A DNA stretch of 64,000 bases from positions 1 through 64,000 of IMG/VR virus record IMGVR_UViG_3300035698_005399; one strand, 5' to 3'. The notes beneath the pieces were generated by a model. The model worked only from the letters and a program-made list of their open reading frames with translations, did not search any database and was not told the DNA's origin. Position numbers and translations under genes: made by a program. Every line of letters begins with the position of its first letter. The first letter of the stretch is position 1. Shown here piece after piece: positions 50,801 to 58,152 of this stretch. This DNA is from a virus.

Positions 50801-53800
50801 GCACAAATTCAAATAGAGGCTATTGAAAACTTTCTTACTATACGTAAATTAGGTAGAAGATTAGGTACCTTTCAAGGCTTAATGAATACAGACTCTGCAG
50901 GTATTGGTAAGAACATGATGTTTACTTTTACCAAGTATAATGATGCTCAACAAGCGGCCAAGCAATCTATTACTTTAGATGGAGAAAAAGGTAATATTAC
51001 GAATATGGATTCGTTAATTAATCCCAATGCAGAAACTCCTACTAATGAATTTTCTAGTATGTCTAACAGACATATATTAAAGACTGCCTATGAACTGTTT
51101 GGAGTATTTTTTCCATATAATACACCAGGCTTTAGAGAAATGGTTCACCAAACTAGTACTGTGTCCAATGAAGACTTTGATAGTAGTTTGAACCAGAAGA
51201 CTAATAATAGAAATAAATTATTTAGTCACTTTATGAGCTATACATATAGTGCAATGTTTGAAGATAATGAAAAATTATATTTTGATTCAAAAGATAAAAA
51301 TGCACTAGGACAGAATATTTTAAAGTTACAACAATCTGAAATCAAAGGAAATAAATTCTTACGAAAACTTAAGGTTAGGTTACAGAGAGGAATAATTCCA
51401 ACAACCATTACTATTAATGCTACTAAAGAAGATTCAAGTCAAGATCTTGACACTCACATTGCATTTACTGAGCTATTAAATTCTACACAAGAAATTGATG
51501 GGGTTAGGGTCAGTGATATGGCTAGAGATCTTATTAGTTACGCATACTTAACTGGTGGACATCAACAAGCCACACAGTTTACAAAATATATTCCTGTATC
51601 ATATTTAGTGAATACAGATTTTGCTGACAAATTGAACAAATTAGATTTCAATAACAAGGCCGCTTTATTAAATATGAATCCCAATATTCCAATAGAAGAA
51701 CCCTTCTATAAAAGATTGGCCGGATTTACTATTCAATATGCTCAACATAATCCTTGGGTGCTTACACAAGATTCTACATTAGATCATAACAAAGAAGTTA
51801 TCTACGATAAAACTATTGTAGATGAAGCTCCTAGTATTGTATCAAAAAGAGTAGAAGAACCCAGTGGTAAAGCCAAATGGGTAATCTTCATAAAGACTGA
51901 TATTAATGGTGAACCCGCGCTTATGCGTACTGATAAACTTGGTGGTTCTCAAACAAGAGAATATAACAAGAATGAACCCACATCTAACAATACTAAATTT
52001 GATAAGACTAAGAATAAGAAAGTCCTTCAACCTAGTCCTAAAAAAGTTGATTCTACACAACCTAAATTGGTTGAACCAGCAAATAAAACTAATCCATTAA
52101 ATATTACTGCAGGCAAGAATACTGATAATATATTAATTAGTATCTTATCACATCCTGATATTTCACCAGAACTAAAAGCATACGCACAAGAGCTTGCCGA
52201 ACTGGGTATTCTTAATGACAATATTACATGGAAGATACTTGATAAAAGTAATCCGGCTAAAGGAAAGCATCACGGAAATGCTAAAGGTTCTACTATATTT
52301 ATTAATCCTGATAGACATGCTACTGCAGAAGACTTAGCAGAAACCATATTACATGAATTGACACATGCTATTACAGCATATCAGATTCACTCATATGAAA
52401 AGAATAAAAACTCTGTATCACCTAAGATGCAAGAGTCAATGGCTAAGCTGGAACAATTCATGGATAAAGCTCAAGAAATATTTAAAGAGCAAAAAGAAGA
52501 ATTAAAGAAGAAACTAAGTACTGAGGAATTTAATAAATTAGAATATGCGTTAGGATTAAATGCGGCTAATAAAACACCTTTATCTGGGGTAAGAGAATTA
52601 CTTGCTACAGCACGTACTAATAAGACTGTAAAAGACTTTCTTAATAATAATATATGGCAAGGTAAGAAATCTTTAATGGAAAGATTCTTAGAACTAATTA
52701 GTAGAATCTGGAAAGACCTTGGTATTAAAAATGGTGGTGATGTGAGCAAAGGAGTATTGGCAGAGATGTATAATATTGTTCAAGAAAGTAATAATGTAGC
52801 AAAAAAGCCAGATATTAATGATTCAGCATTAGGAATTAAAGATGATGCTTATTCTGATAAATTACCAGCTTTTACTGGAGATCAATGGAATGCTAAGAAT
52901 GCTGCTGAGATTGAATTAGGCATGCGTCACAAAGATGGTGCACCTAAGAGATATTCTAATTACGAAAGAGCGTTAGCTAGGCTACAGGCATTACGCAAGA
53001 AGCACCCACATAAGAAGATGAAGATGGCCAAGGTCATGGGTGAACCAGGAGATAATAGAGTCTATTATTCACCAGCTTTAGAAAATGAAATGTATGATGA
53101 TTATCTTCCAATGTTTGATTTGGATGAAGAATCAAGAGTATATGCAGACTTAGAATCTGTTATCAAGTCACAATTACAAGAGGTTAATAGAAGAATTGGT
53201 GAATATAAGAACATTCTTAGGAATGAGCATATGTCTATAGCAGATAAGAGAGATGCTGTTGCTGCAATGGATAGGTTAAACACTAGAAGAAAAGATTTAG
53301 CTGAGTCAGTTAAAGCTTCTAAAAAACTAATCTCACCAAGAGAATTAGGTCCATTTGGAGAAAAGCATTTACAAGAGATTGAAGAAATTGTTGATAAGGA
53401 TGATATGAATGCTTCTGAGATAGAATATGCAAATAGACTAATTCACTTATGGCAAGCTGCTGGCAAGAGAGATTTAAGACCAGATGAAGAACATGTCTTC
53501 TTAACAAGAGAAGAATTAGAAAACGATATGTGGTTTGATGGTGATGAAACTTTTGCTGGATTCAATTATTATGCTAATAAAGCTGCTAAGTTTAAAAGTA
53601 AGCTGGCTAATAGAGAACGCGCTATTGTTGGAAATTTTGTAAGAAAGTATACTAGAACTGAATTATCAGATGATGATATTTTTGGTGCTATTACTGATGC
53701 ATACTTATTATCCTCAATGACATTAGATGTATCTAGACATAATGATCCAATGCTTAATGCAATCTTTATTGGAATTAAATCTAAGATAAAAGCTGCTAAC

Positions 53801-56608
53801 TTAGAATATGACCGCAAAGTAAAAGAATTTACAAAACTTATCAAAGTTGCTTTACCTGAGTTAAAGAAATTATCAGAAGGAAATAACCCTTATGAAATTT
53901 TCCTACAAAAGGATAAAGATGGTGAACTTACTGGGGGATTAATTTTTCCATTTAGTCAAGACTTCTTTGATAAAAGATCTGAACTAAGACATAAAAGTCT
54001 TAAATCTGATAAAGGATATGAGCAATTTGTAGATTGGAAGAGATCTAATCTAATGATAATGGACCCAAGGATTCTATTTCCAGATGTTGAATTATTCAAG
54101 CGTCAACAATATAGTGATGCTATGCGCGAAAAACATATTGCTGAACTAAAAGAACAAATGGGAGAAGAAGTATATGAAAAGTATTACAAAGAATTAGAAA
54201 ATAAAATTGGTCAATTCAAAGCTACCTACGAATATAAGAAGATGACTTCTACTGATGAAGAATTTGAAAATTGGAATAAAGAAAATTCACCATACTGGTA
54301 TGCTAGACTAATCAATGATAAGAATAAAATTACAGGTTCTGATGGTAAGAATATCTATTCATATGGATGGGAATATACTGTAGAGATTCCTAGAAAAACT
54401 AATAAAGTTGGTAAAGAAACAGGCTGGTATGATAAGAACTATGATAAAGTTCATCAGAATAAAGCTGTTAGTGAGTTGTATGAATTTATATCAAGTCAAT
54501 TGACTGAAATGACCTCATATTTACCACCACACATTACCAAAGATATGCGTATTAATACCCTACCAGACTTAGAAGCAGCATGGTTAGAAGAAGTAAATGG
54601 TAGTGGAATGTCTGCAGCAGTAGGCATGGGTCGTATGATGGATGATTTAAAAAGAGTACTACGTTCTGAAGATAACTTAGAACAAATCAATCAACCATTA
54701 GATCCATTAACAAAGCAACAAGAACGTTTTGTTCATGCTAGAAATCCAAGTATGTTGGAAAGTAAAGCTACTCAAAAATTAAATATTGCCAAAGCTAAAT
54801 ATCTAGCGGATACAGGAAAGAACATGCCATTCAAAGTGCAAGTTGCTACCAAGAAAAAGATTGTTGATGAATTAGTAAGAAGCTCAAGAAGATCCTTAGA
54901 TTTGGAAAAAATCCTAAGAGGATATATTGCATCATCTACATTGTTTAAGCATAAATCATCTTTACAAGATGAAGTCAAGCTTGTTGAGAATGTATTTATG
55001 AAACGAGTGGAATATGAAACAAATTCTGTTGGTGATAAAGTAACAGATGGCTATGGTAGAGATATCTTATCTCGTGCTAATCTAGCAAACTATAAGTCAA
55101 TGCTACAATATCACTTGGATCATTTCTACAATCTTCCTGCTGAAAAAATTATGGGTAAGACCAATAAAAAACTATTGCTCACTGAAGAAAAAGCGGTTAA
55201 GCAAAGTATTGATGAAGCACAAACTGCATTAAATGAATCTTTAGCAGCAGGCTCTATTGAGCAAGAAGAATATGATGTACAATCTAAATACTTAGAAGAA
55301 CAACTTAAAGGACTTGGTGGTGTAGTAACTGGTTCTGGTATGGTAAATCTAGTATTGCGTTATATCCACTTTAAAGGTATGGGTTGGAACGTATTCTCTG
55401 CATTTTCTAACATGGGATTTGGTGTAATGGCCAACCTAGTAGAAGCAGCAGATGGTAGAACATTTACTACAAAAGAATTCTGGCAGGCAATGAAAATTGT
55501 TAAAGGTAGTATATTTAAAAATGCTACATTTAATCAAATGCAAACTGCAGATGCCATTAAGATTAGAAGCATCATGGATAAATATGACTTCTTAAAGACA
55601 AGCAAGAACGAAGTATATCGTTCACAACTGCATAATCAATTTGAAAAAGGTAGATTTTTATCTCCATATAACTTAACTGATAGATCAGAATACTTTAACC
55701 AAGCACCTGTTGTTGTAGCTATTATGTTACATCAAAAGATTAAGAATCTTAAAGGAGAAGAAGTTAGTCTATGGGAAGCTTTTGATAAGAATGGTGAATT
55801 CAATACTGCAGAATATGGAACAAATTGGCTGGTAGAAAAAAAGGGGGGAAGTCCCAGCCCTGAGATATCTTTCAGTATTCAGGTTGACCAAGCAATTAAG
55901 AGAATTCATGGTAACTATGATCCAGAGAGTCCTTTGCAACTTAAAGAAACAGCTTTAGGTAGAGCATCTGCACAATTTAGAACATGGTTGTTTGAAGGTA
56001 TGGCTGGTAGATTTGATACAAGAGGTGATAAAAATGGCATCTATGATGATGCTGCTGGAATTTATCTTAAAGGTCGTTATGTTTCATTATTTCAAGTAAT
56101 GAGAGGTAATGAGGAACATAGCGGAATTAGTAATCTACTATTTACTACAAAACAATTATTTAGAAAACTTGCATCTGCTGCTCCATTTGTAGATATGCCT
56201 ACAGAATTTGATAAAAGATTCAGTGAGGTAGATGCTGCTAACATGAGAGGCAACTTACAAGAGCTTGTTACATATGGTGTCTTATTAGGTCTTGCTGCGC
56301 TTCTAAAAGGTGCTGCTGGAGATGATGATGATATGGCAATTGCCAATTTATTACTCAATCAACTTAATAGATTACAAACGGATGTTGAAATGTATATTAA
56401 TCCTGCCACTTGGACTAAAACTGTATTAGATGATCCAATTCCTGGTACAAAAGTAATATCAGATTTTAGCAGATGGATGATTTCAGCAACTGAATTTGTT
56501 CAAGGTAAAGATGGTTCTGGAGAAAAAATGTTTGATAATACACTCAAAATGACTCCGGGTCCTGGTCAAATTAAAAGATTATTTGACGCATCAGAACAAG
56601 TATATTAA
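41807..56608 (+). CDS. Giant virion polyprotein: crAss-type double-psi beta-barrel RNA polymerase, zincin metallopeptidase and flanking domains
   Basis: FRIPTQG followed by GSDFDVDK (DFDVD, aa 2703-2707, nt 49913-49927); SAAVDN; HELTH (aa 3516-3520); C-terminal QFRTW and paired hydrophobic helices. Confidence 0.9.
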   Translation: MRSVNAGGSKEPIKTGEVVNSGNTDNSIEFKKLRSVNPSSGTSFYAPDPKGQHQGLNLEDTYNQELVNKVIANNQSGYDKAFNAIVGGIASGGLTAVEDLSYMAQSAADLLSKGKLIDEWERNAVAEAMQKAKENLSEALPIYGNPMGFWNSTKSVLDSAIGFALPGALAIKGVSAIQKLPRALQLATRSKRAHAYLEMMRASGGVERITNALAAGTLQNHAEGVMMGMEVYENTLNNQLEANPNATKEQTDRYELAANDAADRFLVANRAMILSDAFSLHGIYQGKQMVRNLMNAPGWQNRFRQFGTSLVKPNADNLILQNAKEGVEEIYQGVQQKEQEYQALKSANLDISTYEAETFDRIWGFITEPTTLYEGLLGFVGGGAQRIITEAAAGKFSSSSRAQKAQAYEQQQAVIQASQEYLDGSLRDVRKVVNFVEQASGTESSVLGETVMDKKFIEIAVMNFEAGTTESLERQLDAIIENEEGTYEKEAISDARRHKELLGKLETQYIKFAKYENQLTLFDNRQAYDLTNRYADDVNKRKQIAFTTLQKEAALLVEGQTIAQDENGVIKNAPFILDPTSDTLIGVDDAAKEKYEKALNQLKDTEAYKEWKALSNQHDKLLGKRKLLNDAYKRDIDPTRQVDLYRVRKEKEEKIVKRAAEIVQEEIDAAQEAAVNESIEKKKADAPTKAKAKPTETTEEKTTPLSEQEEAEQSFLPVPLATNEDGTTQEGQDESTTESSLEAMSKELTSTGLMTAPELDRVDEARKILAKIKADIAEGIKNGLTVEQIVAQVLSKGYNFSSDQIDSLYDYIESRIERYNRLGARDSLDPIGDLRELHEAEALAETEEEKGEVEIAIAEINKPSVFAPVDAQQLFDHYIETIKGAITPWSTIEDIIEALKASDADFADRYERTDKETFHAKIDNLVTEFLNDAFEEEVDQNQRRLEDDRQKDEVTQEKEDAVEKIDEKTKESTVLNLEGAVIGLTYRASISSSGDVNAETIEDLEAFIFDNPWYNSLILDREHIKVGSKLTLRVIDHRRDGKKWTHKVKGVDVNQDVFKEEVPIEEYMDKVYIGAFDSNDEMIGLVYAPFQVSNFKGKQANRKIRQAVVENGDVEMEVDTITAGAIARMGKRAAFATNMPDSPILLNDGTIFTGDHPPKGFPLLFKGEDIKSYRGTTFTYIQTVDGPIPIPLNVNKARNIDGVIDILIKATESFFTQDTKSATEFRDTIKEKTNIDIFSEAGLRAFFNRYVYAADGGIMSDMAKRKSTYGGVSIWNREGVSIVEYGLGGEKKTNSFSAARMESNPENLGVAMKSLRNALAHTFLKVNKANLDGLDSKYTVLTLDKNGSIHDINEGKTYREFLAEKVFATNVATPKLSNGKRAHTISDVITLKPVGEQLKRAVENPTVEVNEKEEEAIENTAETRAKAILAKRKAKKANTDLDDYLPDFDSDKSDTKSSPDIITIDNDDLLIEHLTSTEQIQIIDYLASEIANLALQSDNLKAQDADISEVFRGFEKKLRDSVETQEWLAGIDDTFNLEAAKAKVKSLIARIDFLEKLVKNRLSVIGVVNENNTEVADTLIERNTYSEGFSLTLNPKDTAGAKLKYWLMRIKMEANGETVQSDFTETTGVEFDRYIPYDHAFEVLSEITAGHPADWDTMLEVIRINQGNLVWLPGLYNEIKDVKDEQLQNQFITAMTKRNTNMKKAAFRRNAENEFFFSVIDENSNSVTQATLEKWQINFLNNEKMFIHKEGKKTLDKDRLKELERIHDALTLRLIKSENVPLAEINELLGEFGISISKKIYDKLASKNKDGHLTLFRNGEKYTYNIAQVFQGFGPFSKKILIAPLAKDDSITDEFNLFSDNSLFSMARYVGQHDPTLSSNSFRVGDKSIYAYRLNNLITERIEELKDPRKALPLMKMAYNKHAGILEHMYKKEKGEFVFDENGLPIIKDESFVDLFQISDLSLEALKDLTSSLEGAGLIDLDEGSHEFAKVILYQAKQRRLKHSQKRVGTMLFPTFSDKTGADMVQTYLEDVVLNDDGTLSDQTAELIYQRVVRPEVNRIKANANRKEKYNIKSYNAGAALFYAFPELNDREAFPELYDKGILKPMDIVSKAAIRSAIKAHYQKLIDNKVADWKKHGLDDKMDKNYKKLLRESIAQKNITPEHMLRAAAADFEVNYTLNTADMFKLFHGDPALYFKISDKDVKNKQKNKKNLNAADYIQIVKDTFTNVGKRLAADIAPGQNIAYDFKSSFRMVLLPDQKRESTSLPYYARLKIKGLNDYKEIEGADAQEFTTFAEHLEILFKMGKLPTGVYKNALEKYTTWVKKEKAGIPLTKDDYISKKDLGLVMQPLKPVYTNNIATDGVYRRIYIKSSSIPLLPQLTNGLEIDKLRKAMERDGIDRAAFGTAFKVGAPLNPIEGMWNPDSTINEDTLSFKDSPAVLVLPRKGFRIQQEIPDKDEQVNPGSQERKLLFTDLLHIDGMKELKNEFNSAWDSLFELRKKVLYNELNDENNKLDFNKLQTMLKEEAVSRNWPINDRLALEVMNDQFTLPLWAMQSRGRIEALLNSIIDNKIRKIKFPGKSFVLATEEGFRQLQGTDLKNSGIKFNKYWKGELTHTSADKQTTDVIVPWKYTNDKGEKIPIPLTSEGLVDTDKLGDEDLGRMFGFRIPTQGLNSMANIRVVGYLPAEMGDVIIASRDFTKQMGSDFDVDKLYSYRKHYYTDNQGKIRTITEKTIAADLPKHMQNKLVEMKLINKIIDIHYQVMDNSDVEIQKRIAEPLSFQELKKQDAEGNEIGLAKKHDDLRNQNTDKSFFSPMSSNYQRGKLINGTAGKAGVGAFSLDSVFNAMIQGRNVTVTNFQKTMFGITTNGDLSSPFVLSDNGRTKGEVVSGYQSAAVDNENEQILDKLNINKHTFAFIRAMNQLGYEESHAAAILNQPIIRKLVARLGAAESPLSDDQVNDDSVLLDELTKEFEEIKINPDINLSVEEYEKAIPGDKSVPYYAQIQIEAIENFLTIRKLGRRLGTFQGLMNTDSAGIGKNMMFTFTKYNDAQQAAKQSITLDGEKGNITNMDSLINPNAETPTNEFSSMSNRHILKTAYELFGVFFPYNTPGFREMVHQTSTVSNEDFDSSLNQKTNNRNKLFSHFMSYTYSAMFEDNEKLYFDSKDKNALGQNILKLQQSEIKGNKFLRKLKVRLQRGIIPTTITINATKEDSSQDLDTHIAFTELLNSTQEIDGVRVSDMARDLISYAYLTGGHQQATQFTKYIPVSYLVNTDFADKLNKLDFNNKAALLNMNPNIPIEEPFYKRLAGFTIQYAQHNPWVLTQDSTLDHNKEVIYDKTIVDEAPSIVSKRVEEPSGKAKWVIFIKTDINGEPALMRTDKLGGSQTREYNKNEPTSNNTKFDKTKNKKVLQPSPKKVDSTQPKLVEPANKTNPLNITAGKNTDNILISILSHPDISPELKAYAQELAELGILNDNITWKILDKSNPAKGKHHGNAKGSTIFINPDRHATAEDLAETILHELTHAITAYQIHSYEKNKNSVSPKMQESMAKLEQFMDKAQEIFKEQKEELKKKLSTEEFNKLEYALGLNAANKTPLSGVRELLATARTNKTVKDFLNNNIWQGKKSLMERFLELISRIWKDLGIKNGGDVSKGVLAEMYNIVQESNNVAKKPDINDSALGIKDDAYSDKLPAFTGDQWNAKNAAEIELGMRHKDGAPKRYSNYERALARLQALRKKHPHKKMKMAKVMGEPGDNRVYYSPALENEMYDDYLPMFDLDEESRVYADLESVIKSQLQEVNRRIGEYKNILRNEHMSIADKRDAVAAMDRLNTRRKDLAESVKASKKLISPRELGPFGEKHLQEIEEIVDKDDMNASEIEYANRLIHLWQAAGKRDLRPDEEHVFLTREELENDMWFDGDETFAGFNYYANKAAKFKSKLANRERAIVGNFVRKYTRTELSDDDIFGAITDAYLLSSMTLDVSRHNDPMLNAIFIGIKSKIKAANLEYDRKVKEFTKLIKVALPELKKLSEGNNPYEIFLQKDKDGELTGGLIFPFSQDFFDKRSELRHKSLKSDKGYEQFVDWKRSNLMIMDPRILFPDVELFKRQQYSDAMREKHIAELKEQMGEEVYEKYYKELENKIGQFKATYEYKKMTSTDEEFENWNKENSPYWYARLINDKNKITGSDGKNIYSYGWEYTVEIPRKTNKVGKETGWYDKNYDKVHQNKAVSELYEFISSQLTEMTSYLPPHITKDMRINTLPDLEAAWLEEVNGSGMSAAVGMGRMMDDLKRVLRSEDNLEQINQPLDPLTKQQERFVHARNPSMLESKATQKLNIAKAKYLADTGKNMPFKVQVATKKKIVDELVRSSRRSLDLEKILRGYIASSTLFKHKSSLQDEVKLVENVFMKRVEYETNSVGDKVTDGYGRDILSRANLANYKSMLQYHLDHFYNLPAEKIMGKTNKKLLLTEEKAVKQSIDEAQTALNESLAAGSIEQEEYDVQSKYLEEQLKGLGGVVTGSGMVNLVLRYIHFKGMGWNVFSAFSNMGFGVMANLVEAADGRTFTTKEFWQAMKIVKGSIFKNATFNQMQTADAIKIRSIMDKYDFLKTSKNEVYRSQLHNQFEKGRFLSPYNLTDRSEYFNQAPVVVAIMLHQKIKNLKGEEVSLWEAFDKNGEFNTAEYGTNWLVEKKGGSPSPEISFSIQVDQAIKRIHGNYDPESPLQLKETALGRASAQFRTWLFEGMAGRFDTRGDKNGIYDDAAGIYLKGRYVSLFQVMRGNEEHSGISNLLFTTKQLFRKLASAAPFVDMPTEFDKRFSEVDAANMRGNLQELVTYGVLLGLAALLKGAAGDDDDMAIANLLLNQLNRLQTDVEMYINPATWTKTVLDDPIPGTKVISDFSRWMISATEFVQGKDGSGEKMFDNTLKMTPGPGQIKRLFDASEQVY

Positions 56609-56611
56609 TAA

Positions 56612-56653
56612 AAACAAAGGGACTACAGAAATGTAAATCCCTTTGTTTCTTTT
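56612..56653. terminator. Bidirectional terminator at the convergence of late and middle blocks
   Basis: aaacaaaggga/tccctttgttt 11-bp stem with inner taca-GAAA-tgta, flanked by A- and T-rich tracts. Confidence 0.75.
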
Positions 56654-56874
56654 TCAAATTTATGGCCAAGATATTTAACAATATCTGTCTGACCATAATA
56701 TATACCATCACGAATTGATTGTTGATTATTGAGAAGTAGGCTAAGTAATTGGTCTACTTCTTGTTCATTTAGGTCTGACTCTAATTGACTTTCAAATTCA
56801 CATTTATATGTTTCATCAAAAATACTACAATTTATTAAACGTTGGAGATTTGAAATATCATAAAGATCTAACAT
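56623..56874 (-). CDS. Hypothetical protein
   Basis: TAATG-coupled ORF. Confidence 0.55.
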   Translation of the reverse strand: MLDLYDISNLQRLINCSIFDETYKCEFESQLESDLNEQEVDQLLSLLLNNQQSIRDGIYYGQTDIVKYLGHKFEKETKGFTFL

Positions 56875-57311
56875 TACTTAATCTTATTAAATTCGTCTGC
56901 TAAAAGTTCAGCTTCACTTTTTTGATGCGCTGCATCCCATCTTTGTATACCACTATGATTGGTTGCTCGAGTAGGCTGATATGGTTCATTACTTAGATCA
57001 TCCATATTCCAACCATATAATTTCTCATTCTGCTTTATATCTATGTCCCGTGGTGCTGTATTCATTTTTCGAAATTCTGCATCTATAGCATGTATATCAA
57101 GAATTGAAACATCATTTCCTGGTGTAGTACTTTCAACTTCTTCTGCAAAACTCCACAACTTGTTAGAACTAGTTTCTACAAGATTATAAAGAACATCTAA
57201 TTCTGTTTCTGATATTTTACCAGACATCTCGCGTAAAGGATCATACAACGAATATGTAAGTTTGTCAATCATCACAATGACATCTTTTATCTTTTTTAAA
57301 TTTTCATTCAT
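56874..57311 (-). CDS. Hypothetical protein
   Basis: ATG at 57311 preferred over the track start at 57344. Confidence 0.6.
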   Translation of the reverse strand: MNENLKKIKDVIVMIDKLTYSLYDPLREMSGKISETELDVLYNLVETSSNKLWSFAEEVESTTPGNDVSILDIHAIDAEFRKMNTAPRDIDIKQNEKLYGWNMDDLSNEPYQPTRATNHSGIQRWDAAHQKSEAELLADEFNKIK

Positions 57312-57489
57312 CTTTTTCTCTTTTACTATATAATTCTCGGACAAATTCTCCTAGTTCAATATCAGAACCTTCTTTTTTAACATTCAATATTTTATTCATT
57401 GTTGCTAAAATTTGAGCTTGTCTAAGTGTCATTCTATCAAATACCACATGTCCAAAATCTGGGTGGTCTACTATTACTTCATAACTCAT
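57304..57489 (-). CDS. Hypothetical protein
   Basis: Short coupled ORF (MSYEVIVDHP...). Confidence 0.55.
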   Translation of the reverse strand: MSYEVIVDHPDFGHVVFDRMTLRQAQILATMNKILNVKKEGSDIELGEFVRELYSKREKDE

Positions 57490-57772
57490 GATCAATTCTA
57501 TTTAAATACGATTCTACTATTCTTGCACAACCAAATATATACATACCAAGTTCAACTATAGTATTCCAAAATACTTGTAATTCTTCTAGTGTATAATATG
57601 CGTCTTCTTCCCCTAGTTGTTCTAAGTGTAATAAGTATATAAAATATTGATATTCTAATACATTTTTAATATCTAGTTGTTCAGCTTCGCATAATTCGTT
57701 TAAGCTAGTGCAATACATGTCTATATTTGGGATTGCATATACATCATCTTCAGCGAAGCAACGATATTCCAT
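57479..57772 (-). CDS. Hypothetical protein
   Basis: TAATG-coupled acidic ORF. Confidence 0.6.
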   Translation of the reverse strand: MEYRCFAEDDVYAIPNIDMYCTSLNELCEAEQLDIKNVLEYQYFIYLLHLEQLGEEDAYYTLEELQVFWNTIVELGMYIFGCARIVESYLNRIDHEL

Positions 57773-58152
57773 TAAAGTATATTATTTTGTTTTAGGAGTT
57801 TTTCCACACCATTCCAATTAACATATGGTCTTCTATTATTATCTACTGGATGAAACAAAGGTACTCCAATTGCAGCATCATCAATATAATAATTGGCATA
57901 TGCTTTTGGAGAATCTGTCCATTCATGTTGTGAAGGATTTGCGTTTACACCAAACAAAGGAACCCCAATAGTTTCTTTCATAAATGCAACTGCTTCCTTC
58001 AATTCTTTTCCGCTACGCATCGTGTATAGGATAAGGTGATGTCCTTTTACTACTAATGCTTTTAATACACGTCTACAATGGGGAATTTCTGTACCTATTT
58101 CTGGGTACACATGTTCCACTACTGTTCCGTCAAAATCTACTGCTATAATCAT
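57772..58152 (-). CDS. HAD-superfamily hydrolase (BT0820-like)
   Basis: MIIAVDFDGT, LILYTMR, SPKAYANYYIDD. Confidence 0.88.
   Translation of the reverse strand: MIIAVDFDGTVVEHVYPEIGTEIPHCRRVLKALVVKGHHLILYTMRSGKELKEAVAFMKETIGVPLFGVNANPSQHEWTDSPKAYANYYIDDAAIGVPLFHPVDNNRRPYVNWNGVEKLLKQNNIL

Noticed and set aside
6853-56358. Many 60-185 aa antisense or alternate-frame ORFs inside large genes
   Set aside because: They are shadows of codon bias in well-supported genes and have no recognisable motifs.
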